Shown: piece after piece, positions 27,234 to 36,620 of the stretch
Numbering within the stretch: position 1 is the stretch's first letter
How the letters are laid out: each line of letters opens with the position of its first letter
Assembly: GCA_001798715.1 (NCBI GenBank)
Contig: MGSF01000076.1
Location: 1-42,388 of the forward strand
Direction: 5' to 3'
DNA: 42,388 nt
Origin: Deltaproteobacteria bacterium RIFCSPLOWO2_02_FULL_50_16
Lineage (GTDB): Bacteria > UBA10199 > 2-02-FULL-50-16
Program-made: the position numbers and the translations under genes
Notes under the pieces: generated by a model
Seen by the model: the letters and a program-made list of their open reading frames with translations, nothing else
Told to the model about the DNA's origin: nothing
Database searches by the model: none

Positions 27234-28306
27234 TTTTTTCGTGGCGTTATATCCCAGTGATACCCCACAACAAAGGTCGTGGTAAAATCAATCGAGGGGC
27301 CGTTGATATCGGGATCTTCTGTAAATCCAAACTGCCAAAAGAACCGATCTCCCACCCTCCCAGAAAGTCCGACCACGAGATCTAATGAACCATGGCTGAG
27401 TTGAGCAACTCCCGTCCCTGTAAAGAGGGCGCTATCGCCATTTAATTGAAGAGTGACATTTAAATATTTTTCGATCGCCATCAGTTCGGCCCCCAGCATC
27501 CATGTGACGAGGGCGGGCCTCAAGATGGGATCGAGATCAGCCTGCCCCCCCAGGATAACAAGTCCCAGATTGAGATAGGTCCCCATTCGCCAAAAACTCT
27601 TGTCCGAAGAAAAATTAAACCCGAGATCGGGACGCCCACTCCCCAACCCCTCACTGCGCATCCCCGTGGGAATCTTGAGATAAGCGGTCGCCGCCAGCCC
27701 CGGGGAATATTTTCCAAATTTTTCCTCTTTAAAAAGATGCCTCTTCAGGTGAAAAGTGATGTCCGAAAGACCAAAGGGTTGATCATCCACCTGATAATTT
27801 ACCCCATCCCTGGACTCGACACGATACTCAAAGGCCCCATTGCGCCGGTTTTCACGTCCCCCATTGGGAAAATTAAAGACATCGTGAAAACCCTGAATAA
27901 AGGGATCCAGGAAACCCCCACTAAATTCCAAAAAGGGGAGCTCAGCCCCCGCCTCCCAATCTTCCCTGAAACCATATCGAAAAAAGAAGGCCGGGCGAAA
28001 GATCTCCATATCCAGGATCAAATTTGTCCCTGAAGAGATGTTAAATGGATTTTCATAGAGATTAGAGTAGGGCGCCGTAAATGTCAGATTGAGATGCCCC
28101 TTGGGGACAACACTCGAATCCTCGGCCCGGGGCATCAAAAACTGCAAATAAAGGGGGTTTTGATTCCGAACCTGAAGGGGACCCAATAAGGAATAGTCCG
28201 TCACGGCCTGGACCAAACTCCCTTTTAAAATGATCCCAAGAAAAACGATGAGTGATGTTTTTTTCAAGAAAAAGGAGGTCGTCTTTTTTTGGTTGCCAAA
28301 AAGCAT
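27209..28306 (-). CDS. Outer-membrane beta-barrel protein, DUF3187-like
   Basis: Signal peptide; GPLQVRNQNPL, GGFLDPFIQGFHDVFNFPNGGR, KIPTG...GSG; amphipathic strands. Start uncertain. Confidence 0.7.
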   Translation of the reverse strand: MLFGNQKKTTSFFLKKTSLIVFLGIILKGSLVQAVTDYSLLGPLQVRNQNPLYLQFLMPRAEDSSVVPKGHLNLTFTAPYSNLYENPFNISSGTNLILDMEIFRPAFFFRYGFREDWEAGAELPFLEFSGGFLDPFIQGFHDVFNFPNGGRENRRNGAFEYRVESRDGVNYQVDDQPFGLSDITFHLKRHLFKEEKFGKYSPGLAATAYLKIPTGMRSEGLGSGRPDLGFNFSSDKSFWRMGTYLNLGLVILGGQADLDPILRPALVTWMLGAELMAIEKYLNVTLQLNGDSALFTGTGVAQLSHGSLDLVVGLSGRVGDRFFWQFGFTEDPDINGPSIDFTTTFVVGYHWDITPRKNQSSEASH

Positions 28307-28346
28307 GGGGCCCCATAGCATGTCTCGACCCAGGAGACAACCCCCT

Positions 28347-29267
28347 ATGGCAGAAAAAGTCATCATCATTGGTTCTGGTCCGGCCGGCCTGACGGCGGGG
28401 CTTTATACCGCCCGGGCCGATCTCAAACCGCTCCTACTTGAGGGTTATCAGGCCGGGGGACAGCTCATGCTGACAACGGAGGTAGAAAATTTCCCGGGAT
28501 ACCCCGAGGGAAGAATGGGACCCGATCTCATTGCCGACATCCGACAACAAGCCAAGCGCTTTGGGGCCCGATTGATCACAAAAGATGTGACGAGGGTCAA
28601 CCTTTCAAAAAGACCTTTCCAGATTGAAGTCGGAAAGGAATCCTATGAAACCGAATCCGTCATCCTCTCGACGGGGGCCTCAGCACGCCTTTTGGGGCTT
28701 GAAAATGAAAAACGCCTCATGGGTAAGGGGGTCACCACCTGTGCCACCTGCGATGGGGCCTTTTTTCGGGGGATGGAGGTGGCCATGGTGGGGGGGGGTG
28801 ACTCGGCTCTGGAAGAGGCCATCTTTCTCACCCGATTTGTCAAAAAGGTCTCCGTCATCCATCGGCGGGATCAACTGCGGGCCTCTAAAATCATGCAAGA
28901 ACGGGCCAAGAAAAATGAAAAAATCTCCTTTGTCTGGAATTCGATCATTGAAGACGTTTTAGGGGATAAAGAAGTTACGGGTATCCGACTCAAAAATGTC
29001 AAAACAGGCCATGTCCAAAATTTTTCGTGTTCGGGACTCTTTGTCGCTATCGGCCACACCCCCAATACCACGCTTTTTAAGGGGCAAATTGATCTTGATA
29101 AAAACGGCTACATCCTGACCCACGAGGGGAGCTCTACCAATATCCCCGGGGTCTTCGCCTGTGGGGACGTCCAGGATCACACTTATAGGCAGGCGATCAC
29201 GGCCGCGGGCTCGGGATGTATGGCGGCCCTTGACTGTGAGCGCTATCTCCAATCCCTCGAAGGCTAG
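28347..29267 (+). CDS. trxB: Thioredoxin-disulfide reductase
   Basis: Motifs IIGSGPAG, GGQL..TTEVENFPG, CATCD, GGGDSA, HRRD, RQAITAAG. SD AGGAG upstream of MAEK. Confidence 0.97.
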   Translation: MAEKVIIIGSGPAGLTAGLYTARADLKPLLLEGYQAGGQLMLTTEVENFPGYPEGRMGPDLIADIRQQAKRFGARLITKDVTRVNLSKRPFQIEVGKESYETESVILSTGASARLLGLENEKRLMGKGVTTCATCDGAFFRGMEVAMVGGGDSALEEAIFLTRFVKKVSVIHRRDQLRASKIMQERAKKNEKISFVWNSIIEDVLGDKEVTGIRLKNVKTGHVQNFSCSGLFVAIGHTPNTTLFKGQIDLDKNGYILTHEGSSTNIPGVFACGDVQDHTYRQAITAAGSGCMAALDCERYLQSLEG

Positions 29268-29481
29268 TGGTGTGTCCCATAAATCTCTTTATGCTTCGTC
29301 GTCAGCAAGCTCGGAGGGAGCCATCATACTATCGCAGCCGCTGCGACAGTCCACAGGACTGTCGGTCGGCTTTGATTGTCAGGCCGCCTCAACGTACGAT
29401 CCAGTACGCCTCGGCAGCCTTCCTCAAAACTCCTCTTCAATTTTCCCTGAGAAGTCGCAGGGATGATGGATCCTCCCTCCG
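29265..29481. repeat. Structured palindromic (MITE-like) insertion between trxB and comM
   Basis: Enclosing stem CGGAGGGAG-CCATCAT (29312-29327) / ATGATGG-ATC-CTCCCTCCG (29463-29481) with inner hairpins such as CGACAGTCC-ACA-GGACTGTCG. Confidence 0.65.
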
Positions 29482-29497
29482 TGGCACTGACTTTGCA
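29482..29497 (+). promoter_or_regulatory. Sigma54 (-24/-12) promoter candidate
   Basis: TGGCACTGACTTTGCA is a near-perfect match to the sigma54 consensus. Confidence 0.6.
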
Positions 29498-29510
29498 GGA
29501 AATCTCGTCA

Positions 29511-31052
29511 ATGCTCTCCAAGGTCAACAGTGCCACACTGCATGGCATCGATGCCATTCCCATAGAGGTGCAGGTCGATATCGCCAAGGGTTCCCTCCCC
29601 TCGTGGCAAACCGTGGGCCTCCCGGAAAGTTCTGTCCGAGAGAGTCGCGACCGGGTCATTGCCGCCATAAAAAACTGCGGCTATTCCTTCCCTCGCTATC
29701 GAATCACCATCAATCTGGCCCCGGCCAATATCAAGAAGGCTGGTACGGCCTTCGACCTTCCCATTGCCCTAGGGCTCCTTGTTTCAGGAGAAATTGTGAC
29801 ACAGGAAAAGATCTCTTCGTGGCTCGTGGTCGGTGAACTCTCACTGGATGGCTCCCTGAAACCCATTGAAGGGGCCCTGGCCATGACCCTCATGGCCCAG
29901 GAAAAAAAATACAAAGGCATCATCCTCCCCCAGTCTAATCTCCGTGAGGTCTATCTGCTTCGAGACTACAATATTCAAGGGGCTCATAACATTGTCGAGG
30001 TTGTTGAATATTTCACCGGTCATCGCCTAGAGCTTTGTCTCCCTTCTGGTGAACCCAGTGAAGAACCCCCTCCTTCTTACCCACTGGACTACCAAGACAT
30101 CCGGGGGCAGGATCATGCCAAAAGGGCAATGATGATCGCGGCGGCAGGAGGACACAATCTCCTGATGACGGGGACCCCGGGGGCCGGCAAAAGCATGTTG
30201 GCAGAACGTCTCCCCACGATTCTCCCTCCCCTCTCTTTCCAGGAGACCTTGGAGACAACCAAAATTTACAGCATCACGCCCCAAACAAGGACGCAGAATA
30301 AAAACAACTTCCTTCTCTCCCGCCGGCGTCCTTTTAGGGCCCCCCATCATACTATTTCAGAGGTGGGTCTCGCCGGGGGTCGTTCTCATCCCCGTCCCGG
30401 GGAGGTGAGCCTCGCCCATAATGGAGTCCTTTTCCTGGATGAGCTCGCAGAATTTAAGAGGAATGTCCTGGAGGTTTTACGCCAACCCATGGAGAATCGT
30501 GAGGTCACGATCGTTCGCAGCCAGGCGGCCGTCACCTTCCCGGCCTCATTTATCCTGGTGGCCGCCATGAACCCCTGCCCCTGTGGACGCCGCTACTCTC
30601 CAAAAGAAGAATGCTATTGCACCCCTGGCGACCTGCAAAGATATTTTAAAAAAATTTCCAGCCCGCTATTGGACCGCTTTGATCTCCATGTGCCTATCAC
30701 CGCGGTCAGCTATGACAAACTCCACACCCCTCCCTTGGGAGACAATTCCTACACAATGGGGGAAAAAGTCCTGTGTGCCAGAAAGAGACAACTCACTCGT
30801 CTCAAAGAAACCCCCTATTCCTGCAACGCACAACTCCCTCCAAGACTCACCCGCGAGATGTGTCCCCTTCCCCCCGAAGGGGAGGCGCTCCTCTCTCGGG
30901 CCATTGATTCTTTGGGTTTTTCAGCACGAGCCTATGACCGCATCTTAAGGGTCTCACGCACCATCGCTGATCTTGAAAACATTGAGAAGATTAATAAGGA
31001 ACATGTGGCCGAAGCGATCGCGCTCCGACATCTAGACAAAATAGTCTTTTAG
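29511..31052 (+). CDS. comM: YifB/ComM family Mg-chelatase-like AAA+ ATPase
   Basis: Motifs VGLPESSVRESRDRV, INLAPA, FDLPIALG, GTPGAGKSM, FRAPHH, PGEVSLAHNGVLFLDE, AMNPCPCG. Confidence 0.93.
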   Translation: MLSKVNSATLHGIDAIPIEVQVDIAKGSLPSWQTVGLPESSVRESRDRVIAAIKNCGYSFPRYRITINLAPANIKKAGTAFDLPIALGLLVSGEIVTQEKISSWLVVGELSLDGSLKPIEGALAMTLMAQEKKYKGIILPQSNLREVYLLRDYNIQGAHNIVEVVEYFTGHRLELCLPSGEPSEEPPPSYPLDYQDIRGQDHAKRAMMIAAAGGHNLLMTGTPGAGKSMLAERLPTILPPLSFQETLETTKIYSITPQTRTQNKNNFLLSRRRPFRAPHHTISEVGLAGGRSHPRPGEVSLAHNGVLFLDELAEFKRNVLEVLRQPMENREVTIVRSQAAVTFPASFILVAAMNPCPCGRRYSPKEECYCTPGDLQRYFKKISSPLLDRFDLHVPITAVSYDKLHTPPLGDNSYTMGEKVLCARKRQLTRLKETPYSCNAQLPPRLTREMCPLPPEGEALLSRAIDSLGFSARAYDRILRVSRTIADLENIEKINKEHVAEAIALRHLDKIVF

Positions 31053-31387
31053 TGGGCAAACCATTTTTTATAAAACGAATCTGCCATGGCGGCGTCCGTC
31101 AGACGAACGGTGATTTCATCCACAACATCGTCCCGATCATAGGCCTTGATGATGTTTTCCTTGACGCGCTTCCGCGCCCGCCTCTTTACATCGGAGCATT
31201 GTCTTTCGACGCTATGATTTTGCAATAACTGCCTCATCGCTATATGCATCTCCCTGGCCTTTTCCGCCAGAAAGGTCCCTTCCGCCACATCAATCAGCTT
31301 GGGCTTGGCCTTTTTCTCGAGATAGGTCATGCCCTGACGCGTGGCCTCGACTGTCATTCCAAAAATATTAAAAACCCACGAAATCAT
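31049..31387 (-). CDS. Hypothetical protein (112 aa)
   Basis: ATG ORF with AAGGA SD and a sigma28-like promoter; stop overlaps the comM stop. Confidence 0.6.
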   Translation of the reverse strand: MISWVFNIFGMTVEATRQGMTYLEKKAKPKLIDVAEGTFLAEKAREMHIAMRQLLQNHSVERQCSDVKRRARKRVKENIIKAYDRDDVVDEITVRLTDAAMADSFYKKWFAH

Positions 31388-31438
31388 GACTTTCCTTAAT
31401 AATTACAAATAGTTTAATTGTATCCTCAAGCACCTTTC

Positions 31439-31465
31439 TTATCGTTTTAGGGCCATAAAAGTTGC
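31439..31465 (-). promoter_or_regulatory. Putative sigma28 (FliA)-like promoter
   Basis: GCAACTTT-N11-AACGATAA on the minus strand. Confidence 0.55.
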
Positions 31466-31581
31466 TTGGAAAAAAGGAGATTAATATTTACTTTGTCTTT
31501 TCAACATGTTAGAGATCACCCGCTTCTAAGAGGCGGTCGGAAACACGACACTCAAGTCTTCTGAAAGGAAGGTTATTGATT

Positions 31582-32898
31582 ATGATCCAAAAAGGAACAA
31601 AAATTGCCCCTGCTGAGGGTAAATTAGGTGTTTTGTTGGTGGGTTTGGGAGCCGTCAGCACGACATTTATTGCCGGTGTTGAATCCATTAAAAAAGAACG
31701 GGCCAAGCCCATTGGCTCTCTGACTCAAATGGGAACGATTCGTTTAGGCAAACGCACAGAAAATAATAGTCCCAAGATACGGGATTTTGTCCCCCTGGCC
31801 TCTCTCAAAGATATGGTCTTTGGCAGTTGGGATATCTTTCAGGATGATGCCTACCAGGCTGCAAAAAAGGCCGGGGTTTTGAAACCAGAGGACCTCGAAT
31901 CCGTCCGATCGGAGCTTGAGGCCATTCAACCCATGAAGGCCGTTTTTTCCAAGGACTACGTCAAAAAACTGGATGGTCCCCACGTCAAGAAAGGGGCCAA
32001 TAAAAAAGAACTCGCGGCACAACTCATCCAGGACATTACCTCATTTAAGGAAAATAATAATCTTAACCGTCTCGTCGTCATCTGGTGCGGTTCCACCGAG
32101 GTCTTTCAAAAACCGGGACCTGTTCATGAATCCTTGGCGGCCTTTGAAAAGGGTCTGGAGAACAATGACCCCACCATCCCTCCCAGTATGATCTATGCCT
32201 ATGCCGCCTTAAAACTCGGCGTCCCCTTTGCCAACGGGGCCCCCAACCTCTGCGTGGACACAAAGGCCCTTCAAGAGTTGGCCCACCGAACAGGCACCCC
32301 TATCGTGGGGAAAGACTTTAAAACGGGACAAACCCTGATGAAGACCATCATCGCCCCCGGTTTAAGGGCCCGCATGCTGGGGCTTCGGGGCTGGTTTTCC
32401 ACCAACATTCTGGGCAATCGCGACGGCGAGGTTTTAGATGACCCGGGATCCTTCAAGACCAAGGAGGAGTCAAAATTGGGCGTCCTCGATACCATCCTTC
32501 AACCAAAGCTGAACCCCGATTTGTACGGCAATCTGTTTCATAAGGTTTGTATTAATTATTATCCCCCTCGGGGAGATGACAAAGAGGGCTGGGACAATAT
32601 AGACATTTTTGGTTGGCTGGGTTATCCCATGCAAATCAAGATCGACTTTCTCTGTAAGGACAGTATCCTTGCCGCCCCCATTGTCCTTGATCTCGTTCTT
32701 TTCCTGGATTTGGCCAAGAGAAGCGGCATGAAGGGAACCCAGGAATGGTTCTCATTCTACTTTAAGAGCCCCATGACGGCCGCAGGTCTTTATCCGGAAC
32801 ACAACCTCTTCATCCAGGAAATGAAGCTCAAAAACACGCTCCGTTATCTCATGGGCGAGGAGCAGATCACGCATTTGGGTCTGGAATATTATAGCTGA
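31582..32898 (+). CDS. ino1: Myo-inositol-1-phosphate synthase
   Basis: Motifs VGLGAVSTT, WCGSTE, NGAPN, GKDFKTGQT, NILGNRDG, DSILAAP, FYFKSP. Confidence 0.94.
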   Translation: MIQKGTKIAPAEGKLGVLLVGLGAVSTTFIAGVESIKKERAKPIGSLTQMGTIRLGKRTENNSPKIRDFVPLASLKDMVFGSWDIFQDDAYQAAKKAGVLKPEDLESVRSELEAIQPMKAVFSKDYVKKLDGPHVKKGANKKELAAQLIQDITSFKENNNLNRLVVIWCGSTEVFQKPGPVHESLAAFEKGLENNDPTIPPSMIYAYAALKLGVPFANGAPNLCVDTKALQELAHRTGTPIVGKDFKTGQTLMKTIIAPGLRARMLGLRGWFSTNILGNRDGEVLDDPGSFKTKEESKLGVLDTILQPKLNPDLYGNLFHKVCINYYPPRGDDKEGWDNIDIFGWLGYPMQIKIDFLCKDSILAAPIVLDLVLFLDLAKRSGMKGTQEWFSFYFKSPMTAAGLYPEHNLFIQEMKLKNTLRYLMGEEQITHLGLEYYS

Positions 32899-32902
32899 CG
32901 AA

Positions 32903-34537
32903 TTAAATACGCGCGGGGATCTTCACCTTCCTCAAGGCCCGAGACAGACCGAGAAAGACCTTAAAAGACACCCCCTCCTCCCGAAAGGGATCACAGAAAA
33001 GTTCGCGGATCTCCGCCTTACTGATAACCTTATTAATAAAACCATAGTAAAGCCTGTCCCCCAAACCATATCCCAAACCATGAGTCACCGCAAAAAAGAG
33101 CTGGGGATCACTTTTAAGGATCCGCCTGTTGGTGATGGGCCTTCCCCTCTTGGCCATATCATAATGCTCCAGGATCAAATGAGCGGCCTGCCATTCCAAC
33201 TCACGATCCTTCGTCACCTTGGAGGTCTTAAAATAATTGATCAAATCCTTATAATCCTTTTGATGAAAGCACTTGCGTTTATGATTGATAATCTTGGAAC
33301 CAAAAAAACCAAGGCATTCGTTCAAGAGATTGGCATAAAAGGCATCGACAAGGTCCCTTTCAAACTCCTCTCCTGAAAAAAGAAATTTGATATAATGGGC
33401 CGCTTCCTCTGCCGCATGATTGATGGAGAGATCGGACAAATAAACATAACGGGCCTTGGGGATAAAATAACTCTCCGAGTTGAGTATCTGTTTTTTGATG
33501 AGCCTGACCTCATGGGCTGAAAACAGCTCGTTACTTTTAAGTCTCTCCAAAAAAGTCAAATCGTCCGAGGTAAAGACCTCCACTTCATCAGAATTTTTGG
33601 ACAAAGGCAAATCCAAGAATTCTGCAATGCGCTCTACCAAATCCATAAAACTCTGTTTGGCATCATGATAATCAATCCCTTCACCTTCATTTTCAATCCA
33701 ATGGATGTAGGACTGCTGCCAAATGATCGGAGGGGTATTCATAAAACAGAAACTCCGCTCGTTAATGCGAACCACTTCAACCTTTTGCTCCAGATTTTTC
33801 TCTGCGAGTTTCCAATAAATGGATTCGCTATTTTGATAAATGATAAGATCCCTCTTGGCGAGGCCCTCCTTCTTAAGACATTTCTGGACCTCAGCCGGCA
33901 GGTGGGTGGGGGCGATGTGAAGGTCACCCACTAAAATCAGGAGTTTTTTCCTGGGATTTTTTTTGACAAACCGGACAATGACCTGCGCACTCTTTTTGTC
34001 CCGATGTCGCAGACGCGCCATAATGTCCGTCACGGCCTCGATGCCGATGATCGGCAATTGATGATATCGTGCAAAGTCAAATAACAGTTTAAAATTGTCC
34101 CACAAACTGACATCCCAGTATTTTTTAAACTGTGTCTTGTAGAGAAATTCCTCCTCATCGATCGTCTCTTCCAGATAATCCCGCAGGAGTTTTTGATGTC
34201 GTTTTTGAAACAACTCCAAGGCGATGGCCATCTCCGAACTTCGTTGCACAACAAGTCTTAGAAGCCTCAAGAAGAATTTCTGGGATTGGTGATTGGTATG
34301 ATAATCCCCCACATAAATGAGATCGGCCTTGTCGATGGCCTCCAAGACCTCATCAATACCTGACAGACCCTCATAGTGGGCGACCTGCCTCTTATAAGCC
34401 CGCTCATAGGCATCAAACTCTCCTTGTCTAATAAAGGTGTGTTTCCGAATAAAGGCGTTGTTGCGCTTGAAGATCTTTTGTTGAATCCCTAAGAGTTCCT
34501 GGCGGGGGGAGAGCGGTTTTTGCCTTGACACCCTCAT
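32903..34537 (-). CDS. ChaN/EreA/Tiki-superfamily domain protein with C-terminal extension
   Basis: Motifs IYVGDYHT, IALELF, RD, LVGDLH typical of ChaN-like domains. No signal peptide or lipobox seen. Confidence 0.7.
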   Translation of the reverse strand: MRVSRQKPLSPRQELLGIQQKIFKRNNAFIRKHTFIRQGEFDAYERAYKRQVAHYEGLSGIDEVLEAIDKADLIYVGDYHTNHQSQKFFLRLLRLVVQRSSEMAIALELFQKRHQKLLRDYLEETIDEEEFLYKTQFKKYWDVSLWDNFKLLFDFARYHQLPIIGIEAVTDIMARLRHRDKKSAQVIVRFVKKNPRKKLLILVGDLHIAPTHLPAEVQKCLKKEGLAKRDLIIYQNSESIYWKLAEKNLEQKVEVVRINERSFCFMNTPPIIWQQSYIHWIENEGEGIDYHDAKQSFMDLVERIAEFLDLPLSKNSDEVEVFTSDDLTFLERLKSNELFSAHEVRLIKKQILNSESYFIPKARYVYLSDLSINHAAEEAAHYIKFLFSGEEFERDLVDAFYANLLNECLGFFGSKIINHKRKCFHQKDYKDLINYFKTSKVTKDRELEWQAAHLILEHYDMAKRGRPITNRRILKSDPQLFFAVTHGLGYGLGDRLYYGFINKVISKAEIRELFCDPFREEGVSFKVFLGLSRALRKVKIPARI

Positions 34538-34594
34538 GGGTTCACTATATCAAAAACCCTTCAAACTCACAACCCTCGGAAATTATTAACCATT

Positions 34595-35503
34595 ATGAAA
34601 AACGCCAAACTCATTATCATTCCCCTTTTTCTTTGCGGTGGTTTTCTCCTTTTGACCCACTTCACCATGGGGTTACGGGCCGAGCATTTTGCCATCGCTT
34701 GCTTGATCTTGATATTGACATGGGCCCATTCAAAGACACGCCGTCTCATGCTCACCCTTCTTCCCCTTGCCCTCTTTGGGGCCCTCTATGACTATTTAAG
34801 GCTCATCCCACAGGATCATGCGGGGACGATCCAGGTCTTCAATCCCTATTTTATTGAATTTTTATTCTTCGCCTTTCCTGTGAATGGGGTCTGGATCCTC
34901 CCGAATGATTTTTTCAGAAACCATCATCACATCATCCTCGACATTTATTTTGCGATCATCTATTCCCTCCATATTATCATTCCCATTGCCTTTGCGTTTT
35001 ATCTTTGGTTGAAAAATGATCCGGCCCGTTATCATTTTGGCTGGATCCTTCTCATCGCCAACATCTTCGCTTTTTTGACTTATGTTTTTTATCCTGCGGC
35101 CCCCCCCTGGTACGTCGAACTTTATGGGATGAGGCCGGGTGATTTCTCCATCCCCGGTTCGGCCGCCGCCCTCCTCCGTGTGGACCAATTTTTAGGGATT
35201 CCTTATTTTGCCGGCATCTATGGCCATGAGGCTTGGATCTTTGGGGCCCTTCCCTCCATGCACGCCGGCATCCCCACCCTGACCCTCTTATATGCCCTCC
35301 GCCTTCGCCTCACCAAAATCAGTCTTGCCGCCCTATTATTCCTCCTCTCCGTTTGGAGCGCGGCCATCTACCTACGACATCACTATATTATCGACTTATT
35401 ATTGGGAGCCGCCTACGGCCTCGTCACATTCTTTGTCTTCGAAATCTGCCCGGCCTCCTTCATCTCCAAGCGGACAAAAACTCTTGAGAAATTGAGGACT
35501 TGA
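34595..35503 (+). CDS. Aur1/inositol-phosphorylceramide-synthase-like PAP2 membrane protein
   Basis: Multi-pass membrane protein with YSLH, YPAAPPWY, GSAAALLRVD, FGALPSMH and HHYIIDL motifs. Confidence 0.85.
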   Translation: MKNAKLIIIPLFLCGGFLLLTHFTMGLRAEHFAIACLILILTWAHSKTRRLMLTLLPLALFGALYDYLRLIPQDHAGTIQVFNPYFIEFLFFAFPVNGVWILPNDFFRNHHHIILDIYFAIIYSLHIIIPIAFAFYLWLKNDPARYHFGWILLIANIFAFLTYVFYPAAPPWYVELYGMRPGDFSIPGSAAALLRVDQFLGIPYFAGIYGHEAWIFGALPSMHAGIPTLTLLYALRLRLTKISLAALLFLLSVWSAAIYLRHHYIIDLLLGAAYGLVTFFVFEICPASFISKRTKTLEKLRT

Positions 35504-35563
35504 CAAAATCCGGGTGATCTGAAAATTTGTAAAAGCCTTTTTACAAAAACAATAAAGGACACT

Positions 35564-36595
35564 ATGCGGGTTGCTGTCTATTACAGTAATAATGACATCC
35601 GTCTTGAAGAGAGACCCACCCCTGTCATCGGTCCAGGAGAGATCCTTCTCCGGACAGAGGCCTGTGGTATTTGTGGAAGCGACACCCTAGAGTGGTATCG
35701 CAAGGATCGGGCCCCGTTGATTCTCGGTCATGAAGTGGCGGGGACCATCGTTGAAATCGGCAGGGGCGTGAGACATTATAAAATCTGGGATCGCGTGGCC
35801 GTTTCCCACCATGTCCCCTGCAACACCTGTCACTACTGCCTCAATGACAATCATACCGTCTGTGAAACCCTGCGCACGACCAATTTTGATCCGGGTGGTT
35901 TTTCGGAATATATTCGCCTCCCTTCCATCAATGTCGATCGGGGTGTCTATAAACTCCCAGACTCCGTCTCCTTTGAAGAGGCCACTTTTATTGAACCCAT
36001 TGCCTGTGTCTTAAGGGGACACCGAAAGATCCAACTCAAAAAGGGGCAAAGCCTTCTCATCCTGGGCTGTGGCATTTCAGGACTCCTCAATCTCCTGGCG
36101 GCCAAGGCCCTTGGCCTTCACCCGATCATGATGACCGACATCGATGAATATAGAATGGAAAAGGCTCGTACCCTTGGGGCCGATGTCATCCTTTCAGCAA
36201 GTGAAGAAGTGCCCCAAAAAGTGCGGCATTCTAACAACGGACGAGGGGCGGATCGAGTTATTTTGACAACGGGGGCCCCTTCCGCCATTGAGCAGGCCCT
36301 GGCTTCTGTTGATCGGGCGGGCGTTATTCTATTTTTTGCCCCCATCAAGGACAACACCCCCTTCCCCCTCCCTATCAACGACATCTTTTGGAGACATGAA
36401 GGCACCCTGACTTCCACCTACGCCGCAGCCCCCGATGACCACAGAGAGGCCCTTGAGATGATAACAGAGAGAAAAATTGACCCCTCCTCCCTCATCACCC
36501 ATCAATTAAAACTGGATGAGACACAAAAGGGCTTTCAATTGACAGCAAAACCCGACAGGTCTTTGAAGGTCATTATCAAACCCCATCTCCATTAA
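35564..36595 (+). CDS. Zinc-dependent alcohol/polyol dehydrogenase (MDR family)
   Basis: Motifs CGICGSD, GHE, CNTCHYC-x7-C, GCGISG. Confidence 0.9.
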   Translation: MRVAVYYSNNDIRLEERPTPVIGPGEILLRTEACGICGSDTLEWYRKDRAPLILGHEVAGTIVEIGRGVRHYKIWDRVAVSHHVPCNTCHYCLNDNHTVCETLRTTNFDPGGFSEYIRLPSINVDRGVYKLPDSVSFEEATFIEPIACVLRGHRKIQLKKGQSLLILGCGISGLLNLLAAKALGLHPIMMTDIDEYRMEKARTLGADVILSASEEVPQKVRHSNNGRGADRVILTTGAPSAIEQALASVDRAGVILFFAPIKDNTPFPLPINDIFWRHEGTLTSTYAAAPDDHREALEMITERKIDPSSLITHQLKLDETQKGFQLTAKPDRSLKVIIKPHLH

Positions 36596-36620
36596 TCTTT
36601 ATGCCCCCTAAGAGGAAAAC

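Noticed and set aside
28230-28369. Head-to-head overlap of trxB and the beta-barrel gene
   Set aside because: Artefact of longest-ORF calling. The plausible starts (28347 and at or below 28306) do not overlap.
29267-29836. 189-aa ORF after trxB
   Set aside because: It runs through the palindromic element and overlaps comM out of frame, with no recognisable motifs.
16265-31052. Competence island (pilin, uvrD, ssb, comM)
   Set aside because: The genes are scattered among unrelated housekeeping genes on both strands, with no operon structure.
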